Shown: positions 13,039-27,499, counted from the stretch's first letter. The stretch: DNA of 64,000 bases from Eledone cirrhosa (GCA_964016885.1 OZ024740.1:428234001-428298000); one strand, 5' to 3'. Notes: generated by a model not told the origin, from the sequence alone. Numbers and translations are program-made.

Positions 13039-13596
13039 AAGCGAGGTCCCTAAGTCTAAGTATGTCAAGCAGTTCAAGATTCTGCTCTGTACAGAATAGT
13101 GAGAAGATTGATTTTCGTTTCAATAAGTTTCCACGTTCATCCTACAAATGATGTTGGAGGTTGCTGAAGTATTTATAGCTATACGACCGACTATTTCATC
13201 ACCAAGAGGAGCACGTGAACCCACTCAACTTCCCAGGCAAGGTCTTCACATATTCCATGGGTTTGAATCAAATATAATGAGAATGGCAGAGAACTGGTGT
13301 ACTGGTTGATGTTGTTTAATTTCTGATTTCCTTGGGTCACCCTTTCACTTGTGGACGAATTCAGTCATTTTAGGACAGATAATGAGTCTAATTCTATCTT
13401 TACATTAGAGAGATTAGCAACAAACTTCTATCATTGTACAATACATCTTTGTATAATAAAGAAACATAAGTCTCGTTGTGGGTTTTTATGATGTTTATAT
13501 AAAAACAATGGAAGACGGATAGTCCAATCTCCTCAGTCAACCACAGGAAATCACTACGGTTTCGGTGCATTAAGATATATGCATGCATGTGTGTTA

Positions 13597-13671
<75 letters not shown>

Positions 13672-14266
13672 GGCGAGAGATGAGGATATATAAAGGTTGG
13701 AAGGAAGAGATAGGATGGATAGATTGTATTTATACACTACTGTCCGAAATCTTTCGACGAATCACAATATTTATTTGTTTATTCATTCACCATTGAAATT
13801 GTGAATTTTGATTGCAATAATCTCGCAGAAATTGTATAATTATTCTTCTAATCTCTGATTTAATATCTTCTTTCTGGCGATGACCTCTTTCCGAGGCTAA
13901 GACTTCGTATCATCTCTATATACCACTAGCAATTATCTTTTTTAACCTCATAGATGATAAGGTTATGTCAATCTGAGATTGTGTTCGACTTTGTATACAG
14001 AATTATATCTAGTAACAAGACGTGTTCCTTTCTTTTATTCAACTAGGGAGTATGAAAAAAAAAAATATCATTAATTATTTTGGTGAAGGTGACTATGTTG
14101 TATTTCTGGCAATCCTTATTATTTTGATACCGAATGATATCTAATTCTAGGACTAGATATCAACTCAAGCGAGTTGCTAACCATCTTGAGGAGTGGAAGA
14201 TATTTGTTTACATTTCTATGTCTATGTTGACAAAACTATCTATTTATTTGCATAACTTCCCCCCCA

Positions 14267-14321
<55 letters not shown>

Positions 14322-14323
14322 TA

Positions 14324-14661
<338 letters not shown>

Positions 14662-14772
14662 TTTAGGAGCATGGTGTATAAATGTTATTGAGACACGAGT
14701 AACATAATAATGACATCAACAGCAGAAATTACAGAGGAAATGTATGTTTATTTTTGTTGTAGCACAAATAAT

Positions 14773-14834
14773 TGTTTCTACTTTAGGCACAAGGCCAGCA
14801 ATTACCCAGTTCATTACTGGTACTTTATTTTATT
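14773..14834 (-). mobile_element. 5'-truncated SINE inserted in the 3' LTR
   Basis: Absent from the other LTR; 13-bp TSD TAGCACAAATAAT at 14760-14772 and 14835-14847. Confidence 0.9.
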
Positions 14835-15134
14835 TAGCACAAATAATGTTGGTTAACTTGTATGGTTGAAGTTACACATAAAATGAGGTTACAAAAGGGA
14901 ATGTGCCATTGCGCCGGAAAGCCGGCAGGCCAAGGTGCAAAATCTCACCGTCACATGTACGTGTTGCTGGTTCGAAGTTCCTGGTGCGAGAGGAAGATTC
15001 TTCAAATCTTCGCGGGGAATTTCTCCCCCGGGGCGCGTACGGATACATCCTCTTCTACTGGCGCTGATTGGCTGAGCTGAGCCAAATCACGCACAGAGAA
15101 TGTATGTGAGCCCGCGGAATGTAGGTCACTACAA

Positions 15135-15146
15135 TACTCCCCTTCT
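15135..15146 (-). promoter_or_regulatory. Polypurine tract of the LTR element
   Basis: AGAAGGGGAGTA immediately before the minus-strand 3' LTR. Confidence 0.8.
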
Positions 15147-16437
15147 AGACGGAAGTCGATACAGATTATTGAATTAGCAAGAACAAATGCTGAAAGAGCA
15201 CATCAGTGAAAAAATAATTGAGCAGAAGGATGCATGCAAGAAAAAAAATGAGGCGCTAAGGGCCGTGTTGAGCCGCTGTGTCAAATGACTAGCTGTTTTG
15301 TAGTTTATACGTGACCACCAAAGGTCTAACAGAAAACGGATAAAGTCTGACATGGGCGAAGTTGCCGTTCTTGCATTAAATGTTAATGGTAAGTGTTGTA
15401 CCAGTAGCTGTGGATGAAGCTATTATGGTAGTTTACCAGTGCTGGCAAGAAGATGATGGGTAGGCGAGAAAATGTTGGCCTCCCAGATGTATTGCCGAAT
15501 GTGCTAGGGAGCCAGGAAAAAATGGCTGGTTGCTTTGAAAAGAAAAAAAGCAAGTTGAATCTGTAGGCGGGTTGCAGTGTAAATTCCATAATTCGGGCGA
15601 ATCCACAGAAGTGGTGGAAATGCTGACAAGTCCAGTTCTATTTGTTGTTTTCCCAGTGAGTCGGGTAAGGTAACAAGATGGAGGTTGTTATGGACGATGA
15701 GTGTGCAACGAGATGCGAAACTGTTTGAGTTCAGCTGCAATTAGCATTCTCGTGTTGCGGTGCCTGTTTGAATCCAGGTGAATTAAGCTCTATGAGTCGC
15801 TAGCATGTGACGGCACCTCAACCAGGTGAAAAGGGATCTCGCAGAATATTACGTTTGAAGAACATATACTAAGAACAACATGTTGGTAGGTGACAAAGAA
15901 ATGTGTGCATATGCAGGCATGTAAAACAGCAAAGAATGTGAATGAATAAAAACCATGAGCAAGCAAATAGCAAAAGAGCACAACAAGTAAATGCATTTTA
16001 CAAAGAAATATGTGAATATAACAAATTGATAATTCAAAGTCAATATAAGGGAGCAGAGAAATTAATGCTCAATGATAAGTTCAAAGTTTTTCAAAGTCAA
16101 ATAGTTCACACATCACCAGTGTACAGACTTTCTGACACTAGTTCTATCTGAAAACTGAAAAAGAAGTTTGTTAATGCCACTAGGGGTTAGATGTATATTG
16201 TTTTTGAGAGTTTTCGTGGCCATTTTACCGTCCTGCCACCTTGTGTGACATAAGGTTGTGTTGCTTGTTTGTATTGCAGGAAGCTGTATCGAAAGAAAAA
16301 AAAAATGTCTCCGGCCTATAATTTTGAAAATACATGTGAAAGCATAGAAGTAAACAATATGATGTGTGGTGGTTGCGTCGGTAAGGCTATGAAGCTGCCA
16401 TATCACTATTCCCTGTTGTTGGTTAGTGGTTAAATAA

Positions 16438-16481
<44 letters not shown>

Positions 16482-16600
16482 TTGATTGTAGACAGGACTT
16501 GTCGGTAGCCATTTTGAAATTTCCTTGTGGCGAAAAATGTTTGAAATACTGCTCATTTTTTTTAAATTTTAAAAGGAATATTTTGTATCTACAATATTCC

Positions 16601-16617
16601 TCACGTCGGGGTCACCA
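16601..16617 (-). promoter_or_regulatory. Primer-binding site complementary to the tRNA-Trp 3' end
   Basis: TGGTGACCCCGACGTGA just inside the 5' LTR. Confidence 0.85.
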
Positions 16618-17067
16618 ATTTAGCAGCATGGTGTATAAATGTTATTGAGACACGAGTAACATAATAATGACGTCAACAGTAGAAATTAGAGATGAAATGT
16701 ATGTTTATTTTTGTTGTAGCACAAATAATGTTGGTTAACTTCTATGGTTGAAGTTACACATAAAATGAGGTTACAAAAGGGAATGTGCCATTGCGCCGGA
16801 AAGCCGGCAGGCCAAGGTGCAAAATCTCACCGTCACATGTACGTGTTGCTGGTTCGAAGTTCCTGGTGCGAGAGGAAGATTCTTCAAATCTTCGCGGGGA
16901 ATCCCCCCCCCTCCCAGGGCGCGTATGGATACATCCTCTTCTACTGGCGCTGATTGGCTGAGCTGAGCCAAATCACGCACAGAGAATGTATGTGAGCCCG
17001 CGGAATGTAGGTCACTACAGGCTCGATAAGGATAAATATATATCAAATATATAAGAACCGTAGAGCA

Positions 17068-17218
17068 AATATTTATTAAAATAACAGATTAAAGTTTAAG
17101 CAAAGAATCGTTGCTTTCACCCTTAACGGGATCTTCTGACCAGTTGTTTCAGAAGATCCTGTTAAGGGTGAAAGCAACGATTCTTTGCTTAAACTTTAAT
17201 CTGTTATTTTAATAAATA
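17068..17218. repeat. ~70-bp-arm palindrome of the family C terminus (9-bp spacer)
   Basis: ...GGGATCTTCTGA ccagttgtt TCAGAAGATCC...; both outer ends are the family terminus. Confidence 0.85.
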
Positions 17219-17296
17219 TGTATAAATATATATATGTGTGTGTGTGTATTTGTGTCTGTGTCTGTGTTTGTGTGTGCGTATCTGTCTGTATGTGTG

Positions 17297-17376
<80 letters not shown>

Positions 17377-17639
17377 GTGTATGTGTGTGTGTGTATGTGT
17401 GTTAGATGTAACCCCGTCTAACTTTTCATGTGTGTTGTGATTAAGAGTGGAGATGGCGAAGTGGTTGCAAATGGCGTTATAAATGTGTTGGGTGTGTTGA
17501 CTGAGGTGATGTGATCATGTCGAATGATCAGCTACATCAGCTTATGTCAGTTTAGTGTCTGGTAAGCAAATGATAAACTAGCGACATCAGATGCTGCGTA
17601 TCTGATATTGTGGTAGGATGTTGTTTTGTTTGTTATGGA

Positions 17640-18720
17640 TGTTTTGAGAGGACTGTCCACCCTGCACATCGACTTAGACCAGGTGGAGCTAAGATCGACT
17701 TGAAAAAGAATAATATAACATTTCACAGATGACAAATGGCCATGTAAGTATCCTTGTTGTCAAATGTGCAGCCGTTCACGGAATCAATTTGGAAATTAGG
17801 AGTTCGAGGAGTGTAAGGTGTTCTGCTCCATGGGTTTGCTGTTCCGTTTGGTCACGGAGTCCCCAGATGAAACGTGACAGGGTCGAGAAAGGTTCCTTCT
17901 ACCTGCACCTGTAAATGTGTTGGTCCCTAGAGAACAACTGGTACGTCTCCAGCAATGGCAAACTTGAAGTGCGATTTTATGTAGGAATATTTTTTCTGTT
18001 TTTTCTTCTTTTCTTTTTGTAGTGTTGCAATGTCCAAAGTGGCTGGAGATACTAACTGTATTATTATACGAGATCAAGCTATATGGGTCGAGTAGTTGTT
18101 TTGGGAATGTCATCTAATTAGTTACACGAGGCTTCTAACTGTATTTGTTGTAAATAGAGGATTAATCAGCCTTATTCTTCATTTTCTAACTCTTCTGGAA
18201 GTGAGTGTGTGATTCTGCATACATACTATCTTTTCGCTAGATACTCCTTGCTGGGGCCTAATTGTAATAGAGTGATGCCCTGATTAATATATCCTTGCCG
18301 GGGTAAACTAGTGGTTCTGCTGATAACGTTTAATATTGTTCTAAATATAACTGGTTTTGCTAGAGTTTCTATGGATGTGAATGGTTTCGTTATTTGGCTT
18401 GCAATATGGGTTTCATTTCCTTGTCTTGTGGTCGAGTGTGATGACCAGTAAATCGAATTTGGTCAGGTTGGTGGTAAAAGAAATTTTCAAGGCGAAATAT
18501 TTGAAAATCTTTATTTGATATTTCCTAAGCTTCTCTCTGGTTTGGCTATTAGAACTCGTTGAATTTCCCAGGACTCGGTCACTATATAGGGCCATAGTCT
18601 AGAACTGAGTTTGTTGCTATTTGCGGATATCCAAGTTAAATAATCTGACGATGTAAGTGGACGAAACTCCGACGTATCTACCTGTATATATCGTAGTCGT
18701 CACTTGAGATTTGCCGTAAA
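17640..18720 (-). pseudogene. Decayed Penelope-like RT/GIY-YIG coding region
   Basis: ALYSDRVLG...REKLRKYQIKIFKYFALKISFTTNLTKFDLLVITLDHKTRK*NPYCKPNNETIHIH (cf. GLYRDDGL...LKIT...FLDVTL...KPN), linker CHCWRRTSCSLG, terminal HLSSVKCYIILF (cf. CNLC..EK..I). Confidence 0.75.
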
Positions 18721-18889
18721 AGAATAGCAACTTCTGGCAGGGGTGGGGGAGACATGAGTCGAGCTAAGAAAGGAATGAGTACTGTAATTGACCTTAGAGG
18801 AAGGGAAGAATATTTAACTGAGTGATGTCTAAAAAACATCTGACTTATCAAATGACAAGTCAGTTAATCATATCGGTGGCCTCCCCACA

Positions 18890-19035
18890 GCCCCGGCGGA
18901 CAGAATGGAGAAGGCGTTTTCCCGGAGGACGGCAAGGGAGATGCGCTGGATAAGCCATTCCAGCTCACGAGCCTCACACCTGCGGCTGGCCAGCTCAGCG
19001 CCTATGGTGGTGAGTAGCAACTTCTTGGTGCCCAG
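18890..19035 (-). pseudogene. CRE-clade-like non-LTR retrotransposon C-terminal (restriction-like endonuclease) fragment
   Basis: LLTTIGAELASRRCEARELEWLIQRISLAVLRENAFSILSA resembles the QRLS.AI.RGNA..IL terminus; paralogue at 21378-21545. Confidence 0.65.
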
Positions 19036-19371
19036 AATTATTCTGATTTTGAGGTCATTTGTTGATGCTAGTGATTTATTTCTGGATACCTTACTGGGTA
19101 ATTCTGCAAACTTTTTATATTGCTGACGTCACGGAACCAGTTATTGACGGCCCAGCTGGAGTTCCAATGGAAAAAGCCATTCGCTCTTCTGATTTCAGAG
19201 ATAATGGCACCAAGTCAATGTTTACTAACTCTGCCTGGGTCACATAGAAGTGGGTATATAAAGGAGAAAGAAATAATGGGTCATATAGTCCTAGATACAC
19301 TTCATGAACTTGGGAGATGGTCACCGCTGGAATGTCGTTCATCCTCCAGATACACCTGGGGTTAAACATAC

Positions 19372-19887
19372 AAAACAACAATAACAATTACTACTACTAC
19401 TACTACTACCACCATCATTACTGCTGCTGCTACTACTACTATCACCATCATCACCACCACCATCAGTACTACTACTACTACACTACCACCACCACGACCA
19501 TCACTACTACTACTACTACTACTACTATTACTACTACTACTACTACTACCACCACCACCACCATCAGTACTACTACAACTACCACTACCACGACCATCAC
19601 TACTTCTACTACTACTACTACTATTACTACTACTACTACCACCACCATCAGTACTACTACTACTACCACTACCACGACCATCACTACTTCTACTACTACT
19701 ACTATTACTACTACTACTACCACCACCACCACCATCAGTACTACTACTACTACCTCTACCACGACCATCACTACTTATACTACTACTACTATTACTACTA
19801 CTACTACTACCACCACCACCGCCATCAGTACTACTACTACTACCTCTACCACGACCATCACTACTTATACTACTACTACTATTACTA

Positions 19888-19919
<32 letters not shown>

Positions 19920-20385
19920 AAATTCATGTTCGAATTTTCATTCCATCAGCCCAAAGAATTTTTTAAACGAGAGAAAAATTGTTAAAAATCAACTCTTCCA
20001 TACTCGCTCCTCTTCATCATCCACAGTTACCTACTACCACCAACACCACCACCACCACCACCACTGCAACCCTGCAGACATATCCTCCTACATCACTTGT
20101 ATTTTGTTTTCACCTGTGGCAACGCCATATCCACCATCATACCACCACCACCTCTACCAACGCCACTCCACCATCATACCACCACCACCACCACCACCAA
20201 CGCCAACTCCGCCACCACCTCCGCCAACGCCATCTCCACCATCATACCACAACCACCACCACCATCTCCACCAACGCCATCTCCACCATCAGACCACCAC
20301 CACCACCACCACCACCACCACCACCACCACCACCACCAACGCCATCTCCACCACCACCTCCACCAACGCCATCTCCACCATCATA
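19372..20385. repeat. Compound (ACT)n/(ACC)n trinucleotide tracts
   Basis: Low-complexity tracts giving poly-Thr/His/Pro ORFs. Confidence 0.9.
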
Positions 20386-20689
20386 CTCTACCTGATACTA
20401 TTTCCACATTTTTTAAAACCGACTACTCTCCTCAACCCTGCTTTACTCAAACAACCTTCTGGTGCAACCCATGTCCTAAACCACCCCTTACATCCAGTGC
20501 AGCCACCACGTCCCCATATGGTACCTCATATCCACTTCTAAAATCTTCAAACCACCTCCCTTCCACCACACGGAGAGCCAAACCCCTACTACCTGAATTG
20601 TGCAACATTCAACCCCATAACCGATCAGTTATACTACAGCACAACTTCACAATCTCCACCATGCTACGTCTTAGTATTAATTATTCAAG

Positions 20690-20788
20690 CAAGTTAACTT
20701 TGCCTTTCATCCTTACGGGGTCGATAAAATAAAGTACCAGTAATACACTGGAAACTTGCTGGCCTTGTGCCAAAAGTAGAAACAATTA
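20690..20788 (+). mobile_element. SINE 3' half
   Basis: Core and tail of the SINE family. Confidence 0.8.
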
Positions 20789-21377
20789 AGTATTCAAGCA
20801 GACTACTTTCCTCCATTTTAAGATCCCACCCAGCTCCCCCATTGCTAGACCAGAACACATTCCTCCATTCTAAGATCCCACACAGCTCCACCTCCGCTAG
20901 ACCAGAACATCTACTATAATCACCACCATCAACTCATCTGATCAGTTCTAAACTATTCCTTGAGGTAGCCAACAACAACAACAACACCAACTACAATAAC
21001 AACAACCACTGCCACCAGCAATCCGCACTCAACACTTCCAAGGTGACCAAGCAAACAAAGGAGATTCTACACGTTTGTTCCCCCTACTAGAAAGAGCAGC
21101 TAAAACTTTCCCCGGCTTGACTATCTTACACCAAGTACATGTTCTCGAATAGGGTTCTGGGTTCCTGGGTACTCTGCACATAAGATCAATTGGATGCATC
21201 CAGCTGGCTTGCCTTTGATGATAAGTCTACTCGATCACAGCTAACCAGGGATTACACAAACACTGAAGTTTTCTCTTCAACAATGCTGGTATAGTCACTG
21301 CCACCGTTTCTCTCGCTCTCCCCAATTTCTCACTATTATAAACAAATAGGGGCCTACGTGCTGGCCGTCCCGCAACC

Positions 21378-21545
21378 CGAGCGGACAGAATAGAGAAGGT
21401 GTTTCCTCAGAAGATGGTGAGGGAGACGCATTGGAGGAGCCATTCCTGCTCGCGAGGCTCACACCTGCGGGTAGCCAACTCCGTGCCGATGGTGGTGAGT
21501 AGGGAGGTGATCCTAGGGCCAAGGACACCAGAAGTCTCCACTGCT
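21378..21545 (-). pseudogene. CRE-clade-like RLE C-terminal fragment, copy 2
   Basis: AVETSGVLGPRITSLLTTIGTELATRRCEPREQEWLLQCVSLTIF*GNTFSILSA. Confidence 0.7.
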
Positions 21546-22691
21546 AAGTTTTCTCGTAATGTTGTTTTTTATGGCTTTTTAAAGGATGGGCTTTTTCGGG
21601 AATATTGTTTTGCTTTTGTTCGTTTTTTGTTTCTTGTTTGTACCTCTAAGATAAACTCGTTTTTCTCTTGTTTATTCGCTGCCTTTCAGAGAGATTGTCT
21701 TGTCGCCATTTAGTTTACTCTTTGTATATATGTCGGTCTTTGTTTATTTAAATGGCGATCATTTTCCTTTACTCTTTCTTTAAGCCAACCTCTGGCTTCT
21801 TTGCTTTAAACAAGCGATGTTCCTACTATAGCTTTAACGTTTGTCTTCCTTAAATGTTTTATTCTATTCCGCCATCTCCACAGCATACTCACCACACACA
21901 TACATTCATACATACACTTACATATACACATGCATACATACTTTCACACATACTTGCCCACATACATATACACATACATACATACTTGCACAGATACATC
22001 CACACATACATGCACACATACATATACACATACATACGTACATAATTGCCTACATACATATACACATACATACATACTTTAACACATACTTGCCCACATA
22101 TATATACACACACATACATACATACTTGCACAGATACATCCACACATACATACACACATACATATACACATACATACATACGTACATACTTGCCCACATA
22201 CATATACCCATACATACTTGCCCACATATATATACACACAGACACATACATACATGCACACATCATATACACACATGCGTACTTGCACAGATATATCCAC
22301 ACACACCACATTTTTTTTCTTATCTTTCGTTGGGTCTCTGTTTCTCTTTGCAAGTAATTCTCCCTCAATCTGCGTTCCTCGGCCCCTCTCTTTCCACCAA
22401 TACACCCACACACAGGCACACATACCTTCTTATCTTCCCTTTTGTTTCAGGGAATTTGTTTATTTTTCTCCTCCCCTACATCCTTTTTCTTTCCCCTTCC
22501 GTTACTTCCAGTATCACCCACTACAATTAACACCACCCACACCACTGCCACCGCCACCACCACTGCCACCACCGCCACCACCACTGCCACCACCACCACA
22601 ACCGCCACCACCACCACCACCACTACATCTGTTTATTTTATTCTATAGCTTTTTGCTTCATATTTCTATGTTTATTTTTCTTTTATTTTTA

Positions 22692-23562
<871 letters not shown>

Positions 23563-23724
23563 ATAATGTTGACATTTTGCTATTAATCTTATTCGTTTCT
23601 GTTGTTTTAAGAGATTTCCCGAATATCCTTTAGCCAACATGTGCCACCGTCAATTTGTCATTCTTGCCAAATATATAATAAATTCGAAACCATATCTCAA
23701 ATATAACTACCCTTATAGCATTAC

Positions 23725-23766
<42 letters not shown>

Positions 23767-24188
23767 TATTATCATTGTTATTATAATTGTTATTATTATA
23801 ACAACTTGTTTGTTTACAGCTTATCACCACTTATCACGTTAACTTACTTTAAAGTAAACAGAATGATATTAACACATGGCTTAAGACGAGGAAAAGGCGC
23901 CTACACAGAGAAACACTCATACACACATACATACACACATACACACTCACATACACACATACATACATACACACATACACATACACACACAGAGACTTAT
24001 ACATACAGAAACAAAAGGTCAAAGAGTATAGATTATTGAGAGTCTATAAAGTGATTTCTGAAGCTAGTTAAATGTACTTTTGAATGTTGTTTGATACCTC
24101 AGTACATAACTGGTACTTAACAAATATAGAAAAATGTAAAGGGATGTATTAAATGCTGCAAGCTATGCATTTCTTCACTTTATTAATT

Positions 24189-24690
24189 ACTAGCCGAATT
24201 ACCCGCGCCTTGCTGCGTTTCACACATTTCTTTGGTAAGAAAATGATGATTGATTTTAAATCAGTGATATAATTTATGGATAAAATCTCTGCATTTCAAT
24301 ATTACTCAATGTAAAATGTAATGCATGAAAATTTGGACAACATCATTTTTTGTAATACATCAAATCAAAATTACATTATTAAATCTTATTCTTATTTTGT
24401 TTCTTGTAAATAAGTTTTTGGAAATATCAATTCTAAACTTTTGTGAATAGGCATCATATCTTGTCATTTACCTATGGTTTAAATGTCATATAAATCGAAG
24501 GGAAACATTTTTCAGCGGGGGGTTGAACCACCAGGGAACATTGATTAAAATAAAATATACGTAAGACATCAAATGGGCATGAGCCCCACACACGTGTCAA
24601 GTTTCATCAAGATCGGTTTGGTAGTTTTTGAGTTTTAGGTTCACAAACAAACACTCAAACAGACAGAAATTGCCATTTATGTATATAGAT
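24189..24690. mobile_element. Helitron/Helentron-like non-autonomous element
   Basis: Starts ACTAGCCGAATTACCCGCGCC; ends AAGTTTCATCAAGATCGG...ACAAACA/CAGACAGA...TATATAGAT, a layout typical of DINE-1/HINE-like elements. Confidence 0.5.
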
Positions 24691-24860
24691 TTCTTCTCTC
24701 GCTATTTCAAGCCAACATCTGGTCACAAAAGTAGCGGAATTCCTTCAAAAATCCTCAGAATTTCGGAAAAGAGCACATTAGGTAATATGGTCCTCAATTT
24801 CATGAAGTAATCTCGGACTAAAAAACTGCAAGAGCTGCGATAACAATCACTTGGCCCTTA

Positions 24861-25030
24861 ATAATTGTTTCTACTTTGGCACAAGGCCAGCAAATATCCA
24901 GTGGTACTTTATTTTATCAACCCCGTAAGGATGAGAGGCAAAGTTAACCTCGACTGGATTTGAACTCAGACGTAACTATGCTGGAAAGCATGGTGTCCGA
25001 CCCTCTACCGATACTGCCAATCCACCGCCT
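24861..25030 (-). mobile_element. tRNA-derived SINE
   Basis: Family match including head GGCGGTGGATTGGCAGTATCGG. Confidence 0.85.
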
Positions 25031-25465
25031 TAATAATAGGGATTTACCGAGCCAAGAAAGACGACTCTATGCTGTTGTTAGAAATATCAGACAAATCTCC
25101 CTGAAATTAAACGCCACCATCTCGGATCGGGTATCCTTGGTACACCATTCCACATAAAAATCTAGCATGTCCGTAACTTGAAATATTTTTGACCATGGAT
25201 CTGCACAAGGACCAGCCTTAATCTAAGGAACCACATGAAAAATAATGTAGATTCTAACATAGAAAGTAAGATGTTTAATGTTTTTTAACACAATAATAAT
25301 GAAGAACCTGGATGTTGGAAGTGACGGAATTAGACGAGTATCTTTGATAAATACTTCCTTCTTTTAGCAACCCAGCGAAAGCAAATAAGTTCATGTCACC
25401 TCCACATATTTGATTTGAAAATAAAAAGCGCCGCAATTACATTCTACAATAGAAATATTAATAAT

Positions 25466-25657
25466 AATAGTTGTTTCTACTTTTGGCACAAGTCCAGCAA
25501 TTATCCCAGTGCATTACTGGTACTTTATTTATCGACTCCGTAAGGATGAAAGGCAAAGTTAACCTCGGCGGGATTTGAACTCAGAATGGCAAGGGCCATA
25601 ACTCTATGCGTCAAGCATGGTGTCCGCCCCTCTACCGATACTGCCAAACACCGCCCC
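25466..25657 (-). mobile_element. tRNA-derived SINE
   Basis: Family match. Confidence 0.85.
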
Positions 25658-25671
25658 TTATTAATAATAAT

Positions 25672-25879
25672 AATGGTTTCTGATTTAGGAACAAGGCCAG
25701 CAAATTTGGGTGAGGGGAAGTCAATTAAATCGACCCCAGTGCATTAATGGTGCTTTATTTTATCGACCCCTTACGGATGAAAGAAACAGTTAACCTTGAC
25801 GAGATTTGAACTCAGAACGTAAAAGGACGTAACTCTATGCTGCAAAGCATATTATCTGACGTTCTACTGATACTACCAA
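25672..25879 (-). mobile_element. tRNA-derived SINE
   Basis: Family match, tandem with the previous copy. Confidence 0.8.
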
Positions 25880-26519
25880 TAATTGTTAAAAGGTCTGAAG
25901 AGGGCCTCTATATATCTGAAGCAGCCAAAAATTATTATTACGGAAAAGGAAATTTGAAACGTATGTAAACATATGATCAAATGGAAATCAACAGACACGG
26001 ACAGAGGGCAGGGCTATTGAACAAACATATTTAAAGGGATCCACGCAAGGATTGTATGGCAAGCGTGACACACATGTGAGAATGTGATAAATATGATAAT
26101 TGAATGAGGAGGATTACATGTTTAAATCTGTCTAAATATGTGTCCAGAAAATGTTTTAAATTCAGCATATCACACGGACATATACACTTAGAATGTTTGT
26201 TATACTAAAATGTTCAAATATAGATACTGGAAAGAGGGCAGAAATTAAACACTGTTTATGTATATCTTCCATGGTTGGAGGAGAAAATGTCGGAGGGGAG
26301 TAGTGTGTTTACAGATTTCCGCACGGTTGTTGATTAGTGTTTATAGAACGGACACAAACCTTCCGATAATGGAAGATACACATCTTTTCAACAGAGACTA
26401 TGTTTGAAACAGCTAGTTACTTGAAAATAAAACTAACACCACGTATGAAAATATATAAATTACCTCTATGTATACATACCGCATGCTCCACACTTTCATT
26501 ATATAAAATTACACTCAAG

Positions 26520-26616
<97 letters not shown>

Positions 26617-26631
26617 TTATATATATATATA

Positions 26632-27303
26632 TAAATGTAAGTATGTATGTATACGTACATACATATATGTATACAGACGTACAGTAGCATGCATATACAT
26701 ATATATATATATATATATATACATACAGGTACACATACATATATGCACGCATCAGTTTAGCGGACGCTTATTATAACGCCGCTTTGTTCGTTTGTAAACA
26801 AACTGAACAGCCTGAATTTATGCCATACGGTGTTAAGGCAACCACGTCACCTTTTTGTTCAACACTGACACAGGAACGATGTACTAGTTTTAAGCTTGTT
26901 AGCTATCATCAGCACCGTATACCCATCTGCCAGATAGTTGAACGTTCGAAAGTATATACTTTCCTTATGAAAATTAACGGCTGAGCAGCCTAATTTGCAT
27001 ATTGAGTGAGTTAAATCGGTCAGGCAATATGCAAATTAGGCTGCTCAGCCGTTAATTTTCATAAGGAAAGTATATACTTTCGAACGTTCAACTATCTGGC
27101 AGATGGGTATACGGTGCTGATGATAGCTAACAAGCTTGAAACTAGTACATCGTTCCTGTGTCAGTGTTGAACAAAAAGGTGACGTGGTTGCCTTAACACC
27201 GTATGGCATAAATTCAGGCTGTTCAGTTTGTTTACAAACGAACAAAGCGGCGTTATAATAAGCGTCCGCTAAACTGTTGCGTGCATATATGTATGTGTAC
27301 CTG

Positions 27304-27385
<82 letters not shown>

Positions 27386-27499
27386 TGCTACTGTACGTCT
27401 GTATACATATATGTATGTACGTATACATACATACTTACATTTAAGTAAGTGCCATACTAAGACTGAGAAATGAAATTTCGTTTTCATTTTTTTCAACTT
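26632..27499 (+). mobile_element. Fold-back hammerhead element: arms 26632-27004 and 27025-27443, 20-bp spacer, unique 3' tail to (TA)n
   Basis: Near-identical inverted arms (identical peptides in the ORF track on both strands). Confidence 0.85.
27112..27152 (+). ncRNA. Minimal type I hammerhead ribozyme
   Basis: CGGTG-CTGATGA-TAGCTAACAAGCTT-GAAA-CTAG-TA-CATCG; palindromic ACTAGT stem III. Confidence 0.85.

Larger units (their letters stand above)
14662..17019 (-). mobile_element. Non-autonomous/decayed Gypsy-type LTR retrotransposon (CsRn1-like)
   Basis: Direct repeats 14662-15133 and 16619-17019; minus-strand start TGTAG; PBS, PPT and a 4-bp TSD (AGCT/GGCT); internal remnants resemble gag (FPP..DSPELW; YWY...NAR...PC). 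Confidence 0.85.

Noticed and set aside
13530-13770. Isolated hairpin-GAAA-NNN-UH halves either side of the (TA)n tract
   Set aside because: Upstream CUGANGA missing; cannot call ribozymes
14862-16953. Duplicated 70-aa ORF MVEVTHKMRLQK...
   Set aside because: Lies in the two LTRs on the antisense strand
26784-27428. Identical peptides on opposite strands
   Set aside because: Consequence of the palindrome, not a gene pair
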